A stretch of DNA of 64,000 nucleotides from Marsupella aquatica (taxonomy: Eukaryota; Plantae; Marchantiophyta), in the NCBI GenBank assembly GCA_973895155.1, contig OZ316895.1, positions 2,405,659 to 2,469,658 of the forward strand, written 5' to 3'. The notes under the pieces were generated by a model, which was not told the DNA's origin, searched no databases, and saw only the letters and a list, made by a program, of their open reading frames with translations. The position numbers and the translations under genes are program-made. Shown here one piece after another: positions 1 to 12,623 of the stretch (its first letter is position 1; each line of letters begins with the position of its first letter).

Positions 1-589
1 AACTTTGAGATGTACTTGTTGAGGCATGTTATGTGTGATCTCGGTCATACAGTTTTTATGATCATGTTCAATAATCTATTCGTTACAGATAGAAATTGGA
101 GACACAAGATAGTGGTCACCCCATCATATAGTAGCAAAGCAAGGTAGCAAGTTGTTTTGGCAGCCAGATGTCAAGGCCAAGTCCTGGGCTACATGTAGGG
201 GTTCCCCCCACTCAATGCTGCCTCTAATCAATGTGCACAGTCATTCGAGAGATGTTGCTTCTCAAATTTGAACTGTCTCGGCAGAGTGGTGAGTCGGGTG
301 GTGAGTCTTGGTTGTCAGGGCAGCAGCCCTCTCCTCACTCCAAATGTGGCCCTACCTGAAGGAAATTTTGGTGGGCCAGGCCACCAGTCTTGTCCAGTGC
401 AGTGACGTTTGAGAAATGCCTATACCCAGTCTAGCTCACCACAAATGCTTATGGCTGGTTGGTTTACCATGCCATGGGAATGCTCAAAAGCAGCAAGTTA
501 AAAGTGGAATTGCTGCCAAACTTGGTGTTGGTAGCAGGCTTAAAAAACAGGCCACCTGGCCGAGGTCAACAGACAACAATTGTGGGATT

Positions 590-617
590 TTTAGGGTAAA
601 CCCTAAACCCTAAACCC
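590..617. repeat. Short interstitial telomere-like repeat (TTTAGGG followed in inverted orientation by AAACCCTAAACCCTAAACCC)
   Basis: Read directly: tttagggt-aaaccctaaaccctaaaccc, the plant telomere/telo-box unit. Confidence 0.6.
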
Positions 618-1844
618 AACAGGCATGACTTATGACTCAAGTCCCTCTATTGCATGAAATTCAGCTAGTTTGTCAACTCTCCTAGTAAAAGTAAGTACAG
701 GGAGCTGCATTAGGGGCATTGTACACAACATCATCAACAGCAGTTTACATTCTTTGTTTTGATAGAGACAATCTAGGCCATATTTGGCTTTACACAACCG
801 TGGAAGCACATTGTGTATGCTTTACCAAACCTAATTGGCAGTGTAGTTCAATTTGGGCAAAACTCTAGACCATGGTGTAAAGTTTTGGACTCGTAGACAT
901 CTCCCTCAGTTCTGTTGTTTGCATGAGAACAGGTCCCACAAAACCCAAAATTCGCGATCCACCATGACACTACGGTTTTATAACCCCCTTGTCAGTAGGT
1001 TCTCTGCTTCTATCATAGGGGAAACTGCCAACTTCATGTCCTTCACATCTTCTTTATTTTTCAGCTTATGGCTTAACAAGAGGCTGGAGGCAGAGTACAG
1101 GTCGAGTTAGCTTTTTTAAGCTAGGACTCTCCATGCTCCTGGCATTGTGGCTCAAACTACCTCTCCCATTAAGGATGTGCCTTTTTTTTCTTTTTTAATA
1201 ATTTTTAAAGCAATGGAGGGGCAGGCCCAATCGATTAAAAGAGGGGGCAAAAACCACCCAGTCAAAATGAGAGAGCACAAATTCACGGAGGGGAGGGTGC
1301 CTCTTACTACACGGGATGCACAATATCTTTTGTAAGCAAGATAGACTTGAAGATTCCGTTTACATTCATACCAACTCTCCTCCTTAGAAAGGTACACCCT
1401 TGTAGACAGAATGTTATAGTCTACTGACAAGCACAAAATCCAAACCAATCGAACAGTTAAGGAGAGACTTCTCAATATTGATACTACACAAATGCCTAGT
1501 ATTGACACTGTCAAGCCGTTTCAAATTACATTCAAATAGGGACAATACAGCTGTAATACAATGACCGATTCAAAACAAAGTTCCCAAACAAAGACCAGGT
1601 TACAAGTTCTGCAGGAAAACAAACTCGCAAGTTTATCTCACATAGCCGATCCCCACTTCAGGGGTCTAGGTACTCGATTACAAAACCCCCTCAAGCTGCC
1701 CGCCCTTGGGAATTACACATCCTATACCCCCCTCGTGAGTATTGGTTACCCTACAATCATCCCCAAAGTAGATTTCCCAGTGTTGCTCCACTATTTGTGT
1801 ATAGAGTAATGACAGTTTGGTCAGTCTATAACCTCGTGTCAAGA

Positions 1845-2408
1845 AAGTTTGGGGTTACTAGTTTGTAACCTTGTGACCAGAAAATGAGAAACTCCCAAAA
1901 TGAGAAACACCTACAGTAGTGGGGAAGTTTGGGGTTACTAGTTTGTAACATTATGACCAGAAAGTGCGAAACTCCTAACTGGAAACTGCTAACTGACAGC
2001 AGCCGGAAAGTTTTTCTGAGCTTTGTAAGAAGTTTCAAACTAGAACCCCTTTCATACTTAATACCTGGCCAGGTAGGTAAGACAAGCTTTGTGAGAAGTT
2101 TCAAACTAGAACCCGAGTCATACTTAATACCTGCCCGGAAATAGATTACCCGGTAAGACTTTCCAAGCACACAGGGTTATGGAAATGGTAACACCTAGTA
2201 GAAAAGGTTACACACCCTACCAGAAATAGATTACCAGGTAAGCTTTGTGAGAAGTTTCAAACTAGAACCCCAGTCATGCTTAATACCTAGAACCCCAGTC
2301 ATGCTTAATACCTGCCCAGAAATAGATTACCTGGTACCACTTTCCAAGCACAGAGCACACAGGGTTATGGAAATGGTAGCACCTAATACAAAAGGTTACA
2401 CACCCTAA
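1845..2408. repeat. Compound imperfect tandem repeat
   Basis: GTTTGGGGTTACTAGTTTGTAAC occurs twice. AGAAGTTTCAAACTAGAACCC...TCATACTTAATACCTG occurs three times. ACACAGGGTTATGGAAATGGTA...AAAAGGTTACACACCCTA occurs twice. Confidence 0.85.
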
Positions 2409-4000
2409 CCTTTCTTCCTAACAGGAATTACATGGTTGAGATATACAATGGACAAGGCAATGACAGCTCAGCGTCAGTCATGGTTGCGCCAAGTGTATCA
2501 TCCTCCTACGTTGGGGGTGTGTGCCAGGGAACCCCTTTCAGTACCGTCGTTTACAATACGGAAAACTGAATTGGAGCCACCTACTGCGACTGCGACTGCG
2601 GCCTGCAGAATTGCCAGAGATGACCCGCGTCCCCAAGGGAGATCTTAAACCCCAGTCCGTCGCAGGCACGACTGAGGAAGGGGGGGTCCAGTCGCAAAAT
2701 TATAGAAAAACCCTCGAGAAGGCAGCCATCTGAGCACACCAAAGGACGCCTAGACGCAGGGTATCCAGCTGAAGGTCACTGAAATAATGACCGAATGACG
2801 AAAAAAACCGTGCCCCAAGTCTCTCGAAGCTCACCATCATCAAGGTACGGAAGAAACGTGGGTAGAAACAGATGTGCAGAGTGGAGACGTAAGTATCTTT
2901 ACACGACCTCTGCCCACCACCTCCAGTTCTCGTGAAGACTAAAAATCCACAGAATGGAAACGGCATCGAGGACGAGGGTCGAAGAGTACTTACCATTCGG
3001 ATTCGCTTTGAGAACTTCGTGGTGCGTCAGTTATGTCGTCGACACGAGAGCACAAGACATACTGCTGGACAAACTAATTGGTAAGCAAAACGCGGAATAT
3101 GGACAGTTCCTCGATCCGAATCACAAGATCTTCAATAATAGATAACGCCACGAATTCTCATCAAGAGCACAAATCGTAATGTTGAAGACGATTGCTTGGC
3201 CTACTTCCGGTTGAATGATTTATACATACATGAACCATATCACCTTCTGGAACCGACATCCTTAGCAAGAACCCAAACCGATCAGTGAAAGAAACATAAC
3301 AGTTTCATCGAGAAAAAAACCATTCCTTGACATCCTGCCGCCGGAATCAGGTACACTACATCTGCAGTAATAGAACCCACGTCAACGGAAACAGCGCACA
3401 CTTCACGGAACGATATAATCGAAAACGAGGCATTTAAAGAGCACGCTCACAAGAAATACCCTGTCGAACAATGCATGCACAATTGATCTTAAACAAAAGA
3501 ATCAGCACTGCGTCTCTCCAGACTCGAAATCGTGGATGAAGTTAGAGACCCACCTTAACCCATTTTTTGTGTGCGACGAATTTTACAGAATTGAAATCAA
3601 GGAAGCAGGATAAATAAAGCAGATTTGAAACCAATCTGGCCAAGAAACGTGTAACAGCGCATCTCCTCCCTGAAGCCTCTGAACCAAAGAAGAATTATTG
3701 GAGAATCTTTATTCGAACTCTTGTCATAAATGTAAGATGGCGTAAACTCTTTGTCGATCGACAGGCACTCTCAATCGAATACTCCCGGAAACGTACTACA
3801 ACCCAGGATCAGGTAAAGGTTTTACTCCCCGCTAGAACAGATCAGGGGAAATCGGTAACCAAGTCTAAAGACAAGATACAGAGAAAGAGAGACGGGAGAA
3901 AGGAAATTCACATCAAAACTTTTTTCCGCCCGGGAGTGAAAATCGGAGCCTTATTGCATTTCCGCTCCGTATGAATGAGAGTGAGATAAGGTTGATGTAC

Positions 4001-5263
4001 TTAAACGGCCGCGGGCTGCTTGTTGACGAAGCTGAGGCCCTTTTCGATGCTGCCTTTGAGCTCGGCTTTCAACGCCTCGCACGCCTTTTGCTCGTACTCA
4101 GTCAATCCAGATAGGTCGTCGCCGACGAAGGCCTCGAGACCCTTCTTCCCGAGCTTCACTCGCGATGCAAAGAAAGGTAGTTCGGTCAGCTCGCTCTGCA
4201 CGTAAGCGCATTCAAAAACGTCTGGATCACCATCCAAAGCTCGGATGCAAGACTCCGCGAATCTAGCAGCGGCGTAAGCCATCGAGAGAGTGGCAGACCC
4301 AGCACCAGCCTTTGCCTCCACGACCTCTGTCCCGGCGTTCTGGATTCTGACAGTCAGTTCGTCTATCTCCTCCGGTGTCAACTCCACGGCTGGTCTCGTC
4401 TTCGAAAGGAGAGGCAATATTGTGATTCCCGCATGGCCCCCGATCACAGGTACGTCCACATCAATCAATCTCAAATTCTTCTTCTGCGCAACGAAGGTGT
4501 TCGCCCTAACAACGTCCAGAGTCGTTACACCGAACAGCTTCCTGGGATCATAAACGCCCTTCGCTTTGAGCACCTCCGCGGCGATCGGCACGGTCGAGTT
4601 CACGGGGTTACTTATGATATTAATTAGGGCATTGGGTGCATTTTCCGCCACTGACTCGATGAGAGTCTTCACAATGTTCGCATTAATGTTGAACAAATCG
4701 TCGCGGGTCATGCCCGGCTTGCGAGGAACTCCAGCGGGAATGACAACAAGGTCGACGCCCTTCAGTGACTCGGCCAGTTCCCCGGGTCCGGTAAATCCAG
4801 CGACCTGCGCGGGAGTATTACAGTGGCTGAGATCCGCCACCACGCCCTTCACATTGGCAATATCGTAAAGATTCAGCGACGAAACAAGCGGCGACATTTT
4901 AATCAACAGTGAGAGCGGCTGCCCGATGCCTCCCGCGGCACCGAGAACGGCCACTTTGTAGGCGGAGGCCCTGGCTTGCCCCGGACGAGCAGCACCATTC
5001 TCATCACGAGACGGCTTTGCAACATTCAGCGATGCCGCGAGAGTCTCGAACGATTCACCACCGCGGAACGAGCAAGCTCCCGATACCCCACACCTCCCTA
5101 CTGCCTTCAACCCTGTGAACGACCTCAAAGCCGCCGCGGGGCGCAAAGACGACGTCGAAGCCTTCCCATGGCTCCGCGACGACGATGCAACCACACCACA
5201 GCTCAAGACCGCGGTACTGGCGTTCCCCGACGACACGCCAATCGCAGCCTGCACCATCGACAT
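4001..5263 (-). CDS. pdNAD-MDH: Plastidial NAD-dependent malate dehydrogenase, 420 aa, intronless CDS
   Basis: Ser/Ala-rich transit peptide of ~100 aa, then [19 protein letters not shown] (Rossmann fold), [49 protein letters not shown] and [24 protein letters not shown] is typical of the plastid isoform. Confidence 0.96.
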   Translation of the reverse strand: MSMVQAAIGVSSGNASTAVLSCGVVASSSRSHGKASTSSLRPAAALRSFTGLKAVGRCGVSGACSFRGGESFETLAASLNVAKPSRDENGAARPGQARASAYKVAVLGAAGGIGQPLSLLIKMSPLVSSLNLYDIANVKGVVADLSHCNTPAQVAGFTGPGELAESLKGVDLVVIPAGVPRKPGMTRDDLFNINANIVKTLIESVAENAPNALINIISNPVNSTVPIAAEVLKAKGVYDPRKLFGVTTLDVVRANTFVAQKKNLRLIDVDVPVIGGHAGITILPLLSKTRPAVELTPEEIDELTVRIQNAGTEVVEAKAGAGSATLSMAYAAARFAESCIRALDGDPDVFECAYVQSELTELPFFASRVKLGKKGLEAFVGDDLSGLTEYEQKACEALKAELKGSIEKGLSFVNKQPAAV

Positions 5264-8200
5264 AATTCCTCACCGACGGAGCTCACGCACGGCGTGCGAG
5301 CTCCTCTCTCTTCTATTCTCAAATTCCTTCTCGTCGTCCCTCACCTACGCTTTTCCCTTCCCTCTCCGTCCAATCAGGGTTTAGTCTAATGCCCAAAAGA
5401 CGCAAGAGAGCGAGAATTGTAGTAACAACAACAACAGGCTGGTCCCAAGGGGGAGGGGGGGAGCGATCGAGGAGAAAGAGGGGTTCTCGAGGTTGCTCTA
5501 GCGAGAGAGAGCATCGACACTCGACAACGAAGGTGGCGCACAACTGTGAAAGAAATCTTTCCTCGTGTAATCCGCTCCGCCGAGTTTCCTCCTGCTGTGC
5601 CGGACTACAGTCCACTCCGTTGCTGCCTCGCGAGGCCCTCCGCTCCCGAATCCCCCTCTTTCTCTTCTTCCTTCGTTCGTTGTTTTGCCCGCGTACCTCC
5701 CTCACTCCCCTCACTGGTCGACAAAATCGATTATTCGTTTCCTAGCCCCTCTCCCTGGTTATAGACCCTTTCCTCTCTCCATACAAGTTTTTTTTCTTTC
5801 GATATTCATGGCATCACTTGTAGTTACATTATCATCGCTCTCGGTCAGAAGCAATTATATTTTACACAATAAACATACATGGTTAGTGTTTGATTCAAGG
5901 CAAGGAAAAATAGTTAAGCCCATAACTATAATATAGAATTGGAAATACATTAAAAAAACAGAAAAACGATGGAATGAAATTATATGTGACAATTTGGAAT
6001 ACACATTTTTTTTAGTCTTTTAGTATAGAAGTGCTATTTGAACAAATTGTAATGTTTGGACGCAGTACATCCACATTGCAGTCCATCCACATTGCAAAAG
6101 TGCATCCAAGCATACTAGCAGACTTTGAGGTCCATTTGAGCATCATTTTTTTCAAAAAGACCATAGTTAATTAGGTGCTAGTCTCATTCGTTCAGTTAGA
6201 TATCGACCTGCCTTTATAATGCTTTTCGTGGCCTCTCCATTTTGAGCAGTTCAAGAGGTGGGAATGGAGGCCAGCCCTGCTGTAGTGGAGTGAAGAGAAT
6301 CTAGTACCCGAAACCAGACCAAACAAAGAGTGATCCTAAAAACTTGACAACTTGAATGGCTAATATGCAAACTTAGCACGGGGTTGGGAATAATCACTAC
6401 TTTTTCTCCTCAAATATAAACAAAGAGGTTGATGATCTGGCTTGGTCATCACCTTCTTCTTTTTTTAACAAGCAAAGAGCCCGAATTCTCACGAAATGTC
6501 GTTGCCATGTGTTAGTTGTTCAATAGGTCGGCTCTTCAATCTTAGGCCCCGTCCTCAGTTGATCTGACTGTACAAGAAAATCACCAAATATTCGTGCGCT
6601 TTTTGGAGCACAATATGTATGAACCATTTAAATATACACTAAGAGGGCATCATTGGCCAAAGATCGTAGTGTACTTACTTCTCTGTCCTTTTATTTTAAA
6701 GCCTGCTCAATTGATTTCAAGGCACTCTAGAACTATCAAGGCGAGCTCTCTAAACCCACGGCTTTGGGAGAATATATTCACATCAGCAGGGTGGCAGGAC
6801 TTGTTAATGAATGAAGAGGCTCAGGTCCCATCAGGACTTGTTAATTAATAAAGAGGCGGTCCCATCTTCAAGCTTTGTCATGCTCGTACACGTGGGCCTC
6901 TACGAGACAAGACTGTGTTGTGGGTGTGATAGTGCCAATGAAAGGAAAATAAATTAAATCCCACAACAAGAAAAGAAGAGGAACTATTGGAAAATTGAGG
7001 TCATAGTCTGAATTCAGGCCAATTTTTGTAACACTTGATATTGTGCATGAAAATTTTTATGTATGAGTAAACGTTGCAATTGGGGTAAGTCGAAGGGTGC
7101 ATCGAAAGATACTTATTACAGATTACCAATTTTCAGCTATAAATTTTGATACTAAGTTCCCATCTTGAGTATGCCAGTTTCCATTCACCCCAATCTGCCC
7201 CCTTCCCTACTCGTGGCAAATAGGGAAGAGGCAGGGGAAGTGTACCACTTGTGTCCCACCCCCTGAACCAGTGTAGCAGGGTGATAGACGGGGTGAACCG
7301 AAACCTACCCCTAGTCAAGAGACATAGGTCCAAAGTTCAAGACTCAAGCTACAACCTCTGCGAAGATATTCATTCAATCTGAGCAAGTTATAAAAATGTG
7401 TCAAACAAGGAACTAAAGTGATGCTACCATGAACACTTAATAGAAACCATGGACAAGGATACACTAATTATCAATACTATCCATGACACTTTCGAGGAAA
7501 AAAAAATACTATCCATGACATTGTGGTGAGTATACTCAATCTATCCTATTTTTTGAAAAATACATGCCTGAGAACATTTTGGCAATCCTACAAGTCTATC
7601 CTCGTTTCATTTTCAGCAGTAGACACATGAACACTGCTGTACATTAAATGAAACAAAATGGTGCTTATTTCCTCAAATTAAATCCTGGTGTGTTTGCTCA
7701 CTACGTTACGTGTGATTGGTACCTTTTATAACCCAAGCAGGTTTATTTTTCAAGTCTGGTGCAAGTAGCCACTGTGGCCGCTGCCCATTGGCTTGCCTAA
7801 GAAGAGCTGTGGCCTCATGATTCCATGTCTCAGGAGGGGTGGCAATTTCTTGCCCTCCTAAGGTATGTTTTTGGCGAGCAGTCTGTAAAGACCAGGTGGC
7901 AACAAGTTTAGGGTATCTATATGTAGATTTGGCAAGTTTGAACTAGGGCCTATATGAATAACTCCATACCATGATAAACTTCATTATTTTCTTTAAATCA
8001 GTGAGTGATTACCTTAAGTGCACACTATATATTATCACTTTTGGATGTGTAATTACCAGCACGCCTCAAAGATACTACTGCCAAATAGAATCCCTCCCTC
8101 TGACCAAACACACCTAATGCCAAGCATCTGGCTACCTACTACACAGGTATGGAGGACAAGGAGGTGAGAAGTGGAGGACAAGGAGGTGAGAAGTACATTC

Positions 8201-8336
8201 GGCGACAGGACACTTGCTATCAAGTACTTCTCTGACATGACATTGGCTATCAAAGTACATTTTTGGCTGTTCTGGTGAGCCTATATACCTGGTAGGATAC
8301 TGGCGAGCCTATATAGTCAATTCTCAGGGGAGCTCC

Positions 8337-8586
8337 CGACTACATACTTCTCTCACCTCATTATGTGGCAAATTATTTTTTCCAGTTTTGTTTTCAAAAC
8401 TTCCCTTTGTTGAGGGTCCCACTACGTAATCTCAAGGCAGGATTTGACGAACTTACCGCTACTTAAAAAAGCACTGAACCCACGGGAGGTAAGGAATCTT
8501 CACACTACTATATAGCTACATACTTTTCTCACCCTCATCATGTGGCGAGTTCTCCAATTTTATTTCAAAACCTTACCTTTGTTAAG
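8337..8586. repeat. Left part of a ~170-bp tandem repeat array interrupted by a retrotransposon
   Basis: Unit landmarks ACTACATACTTCTCTCACCTCAT...CCCTTTGTT(A/G)AG..GTCCCACTACGTAATCTCAAGGC...AAAAAAGCACTGAACC recur at 8337, 8516 and after 10680. Confidence 0.88.
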
Positions 8587-10679
8587 AAATATACAAACTT
8601 TTTATATACAAAGGGACCAAACAGAGTACAAATGAACAAACAAAAGAGGGCCCAAGTGGACAAAACCAATCGAAAAAGAAGTGAGCAAAAGGGAACCACT
8701 AAACACCAAGAAAGAGGAACTAAAAGTAAGAAATGAACAATAGGGAACCCCTAAAAACCAAGAAAGAGAGAGAGACTAAAACTAACCCAAGCGGACCGAG
8801 GTCCTCATCATTCCTACCGATTGTGGCAAAAAGCTAATGGTCCACATCAAGAGTCAAAACTAGATCGGCAAGTGGGATTGGAACATCCTCAAGGGGAGCT
8901 AGCCGCTGCGGAGGCACACTAGCACCCACTGTAAGAGATCGACGATAGATGGCCCGAGCTTGAGCACGCTGTAAGGTGACTGAAATGCGTTGGCGAAAGT
9001 GCGTGGTCAAAATAGAAAGCAGGGGTCCGGTGGGACCCATTCGGCCATGAACATCCCGGGCAGCTTGCCGAAGAAGCCCATCAAACTGAGGATGAAGACG
9101 CCCAAATAGCTCCACAGCAAGGGGGAGGAAGCTGTCGGATGAAGCTCGTGCAGCATATTTGGCCTCCTTCGTTGTTGCCACACATGACGCTGCTGCCCCT
9201 GCCGTAGTTGCCGCTGTCCCAATGATGTCGTGGCGCAATGGGTTTGCCACCACAACATCTGCCAAAGTACGTTGACCCTCACGGACCATGGTAAGATCCA
9301 CCCGTAACCGCTGTGATGGAGGACCAGGTAACTCGAGTACCACCTCCCGCCGCACGCATACCAAAGAGCCAGAGAGAACCTGAGCAGTCGCATCTCTCAC
9401 AGCGTCGTGAACAATAATGGTTTCACCTCCCAAACTGCACCGAAGAAGATGGACACCTGTGGCATCACAAGGCTTTCCACAAGTGCAAGAAGGAAGTAAA
9501 CCTGCAAGAAGTGGGTGGGGCAGCCCCAGACGAAGACGCATGGCTGTGGAGAACTCCGTTGAAGACATCCGCAAATGAGGAATGACTGGATTGGCCTGAA
9601 GCCATCCACCTGCGCCCTTCCCTCCGGAAGAAAGAATCCGAGCTCGGTCCGTGTCAGGTGCCTCGGAGAGGATGCTGGAAAGGGTGAAAGTGTGCATACG
9701 CCCAGCGAGGTCTGCCTGAAGACGAACGGGATCCAAGGATAAAAACTCCTGGAAAGAAGGTAACGCGGCGCGAACGGGATCTGGTAATGAGGACCGCGCT
9801 GCGCGCAAATGAACCTGAAACGGGAGGGAACCCTCCTCTACCTCCATGAGAGATGAAAGTAAAAAAGGGCGATCCTCAATAAGAAAACGATCGGCCAACA
9901 ACGAGAAGGCGGCCGCCCATGCACCCAAAAAGGCCAAAGGTGCAAGGCTCTCAATGGAAGTAAGCCCAAAACCACCCTGCGAAATAGGAAGACTGAGTTG
10001 TCGATGAAGCCATGGAGATAAGAGCAACGTACCCGGACCTAAAAGAGAGGCCAGGGTCTGACGAATGGAGACATCAAATGCTCGAAGGTGGAGACAAAGA
10101 TCCTCGGTAGGGGGATGCGTCCTAGCCAGATAAGACGCACGAGGGTGGATGCACCTCAACAACATCCCAAATGCTGCCTGAGAATCTGCTAACTTAGGGA
10201 GCATAGGAGTATGGGCTAAGGCAGCCTGTATAGAGTCAGCGATGAAAGATGAGCAAAAGGAGGCGGTACCGACTGGGGAGCCAAGGACCCGAAGACCATC
10301 GGCTGGACGTAAGAACCCTGGGGGAAGCACAAGATCAGAGGGTAACCCAGCTGGACTCCATGCACGACTCTTCACAGGCTGAATTCGTAAACCGAGGCCC
10401 ATCAAATGGGTGGAAAGAGTGGCGAGGGCAGAAGTAACCGCGGCAGGAGGACCAATGATGTGGGTGTCATCTGAAAGGGAGGGGAAGATACACTGGGGGT
10501 GGGCCATGGCAACTTCCCGTAAAGCTGTAAAATGGGCAATGGCAAAAAGAGGCCCACCCAAAGGGTCACCCTGACGTGTACCTTCTGCAGAGAAAAGAGT
10601 GGTATACACACCTGTAGAGGAGTGATGACTATAGAAGAGTGGGGCCTCGAGTCCATAAAAACAACGGACAAAGGGGATC
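8587..10679 (-). mobile_element. 5'-truncated CRE-clade non-LTR retrotransposon, copy 1 (partial RT + CCHC + RLE endonuclease + 3' UTR)
   Basis: Open frame from ~10679 to the stop at 8834 with no stops. RT motifs GTRQGDPLGGPLF, FPSLSDDTHIIG and LRVLG; CTCG..HLLRC zinc knuckle; VHDAVRD; RVDL...LADVVV...KEAKY...PLAVELFG (PD-(D/E)xK-type RLE). T-rich 3' UTR at 8587-8833 is homologous to copy 2. Confidence 0.92.
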
Positions 10680-10980
10680 AAGGTCCCACTACGTAATCTC
10701 AAGGCAAGATTTGACTAATTTACGCTACTTAAAAAAGCACTGAACCCAAGGGAGGCAAGGAATCTACAGACGACTACATACTTCTCTCACCTCATCCCAA
10801 GGGGAGGCAACGAATCTTCAGACGACTACAAACTTCTCTCACCTCATCATGTGGCGAATTGTTCATTTTGGTTCAAACTTCCCTTTGTTAAGGTCCCACT
10901 ACGTAATCTCAAGGCTGAATTTGACGAATTTATGCCACTAAAAAAAGAACTGAACCAAGGGAGGCAAGGAATCTTCGGAC
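10680..10980. repeat. Right part of the ~170-bp tandem repeat array
   Basis: Resumes exactly at AAGGTCCCACTACGTAATCTCAAGG and contains an uninterrupted unit junction CCCTTTGTTAAGGTCCCACTACG at 10881-10903. Confidence 0.88.
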
Positions 10981-12623
10981 GGCCGCTCAATCAATGGTCC
11001 GCCTGGTGGGGGTTCTCGGAGAATTCAGTGCCCTTACGTCTTTTCCAAAGACCCTGTCTGTCCTCACATTGCTGTGTCCTAACATTCCCTTCGAGTCTAC
11101 ACGCATGACTGGTCTACTGTACGTCGCTACAATGGTCGAGCAGGGTCACGGACTGACTTGCTTTGTTTTCACCCCTGCAGGAATTTTGCTTTGCTGATGT
11201 TAGTGAAGTGATTGCAAACCTGAGAGAAGATTGATTTATGCGTAACCCTTAAATTACATACCTACGCGTGTGCCAGACACTAAAACTGACAGGAGTGATT
11301 TATGATACGTAAACCCTTGAAATGTCCTGTGTTCAGGAAAATACATACACATGAGCCAGAGACATCTTTGCATTCTTTAGCAAACGTCACTAGGGCATGC
11401 GTAACACTTGTCTGTGTTACAGATTCAAAAGCAAACGTTTACCAGCTTGCCTTGGAAAAGTATTTATTAGAACCTGGCTTGTGTCAGCAATCGGTCTGAA
11501 AGCTCTGCCTGTATCCATCACGACCACCTCCTCGGCAAACCGAACGGGCTATCCTTTTTTGTCACTGTATTTGTCACCTGCTCCTAGGCTTCCAGGAGCA
11601 CCAGGAACGCATAGCAGGTTGCTTGTCAGGACACAAAATTTCCTACCCGTTCAAGGGTAAAGCGAGAACGAATTACAACATCCGTGCTCAGACACAGACG
11701 TTTAAAGAAATGTCGAAGGAAACGTCATCATTCGGTTGTCAATGGACTGGTGGGAAATGTCAAATAGTGGTGTTTCCAATGATTATAGCAGAATGGAGCA
11801 AGAGAGCATCATCTTAACATGGGAAGGCACAAAATACACCGCTGTTATGTGGTTCAACCCGATTCCAGCAATTAAAGTACTGGGCATGCAACAAGGTTCG
11901 TGAAGAGAGTGCTCCTCAATACCAGGCTGAAAACCTATTTCTTAGGCATTCGACTCGATTCATGCTGGTCACAATTAAAAAGAAATCATCGTCACGGAAA
12001 GCAAATCATAGAAAGCAAGAGCAGCCACCCATCAGTACTGGACTCAAGAAAGCGTCACATCAATTTTGGTCGCGACTCCCAATTGGTTTGTCACCTTCCT
12101 CCTTTGCGAAGAGGTAGTACACTATATATGTCAGTATTTAAGCCAAATGTAATTATAATGATGGTGATGGATAGTGATGGCGGCAGCCTTCAAACCCCAA
12201 GGTAAGCTATAGGTGACAACGTAGCCCGGCACTTTCTTCATCTAGCAAGGGGTACACACTCGAACGCAAAAAAGCAGACAGCGAAGGTAATACAATGGAA
12301 AGGGATTGTACGCTGAGATCTCAGCTTTCACATTGAAGATCAGACAGTCCACAATCAATAGCGTCACCACCAATAAATCGAGTAGTCCTCTATCATCTAG
12401 ACTAACAAATACGTTATTTCAATTGCTTTGTCCCTTCTATAATTGAAGACCCCAATTCTATACAAATCGCTGATTGATTTCGAAATATTCTCTAAATTTT
12501 AGCTGAATTTTCTACATACATTGGGGTATATGATACATGGCTCTGTGCCCATTGATGCTTACAAATCTATCTACCACCATTCTAACTACCAATTGAAATC
12601 AAGACACTATGAACAGCAAATCA

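Noticed and set aside
4001-5263. Intronless MDH as a retrogene or bacterial horizontal transfer
   Set aside because: It has a transit peptide and plastid-isoform signatures, and an intronless CDS is normal for plant pdNAD-MDH.
10680-10702. ORF-track start MRLRSGT suggesting a chimeric expressed gene
   Set aside because: The start is a TTG in flanking tandem repeat that happens to be in frame with the truncated element; there is no support for expression.
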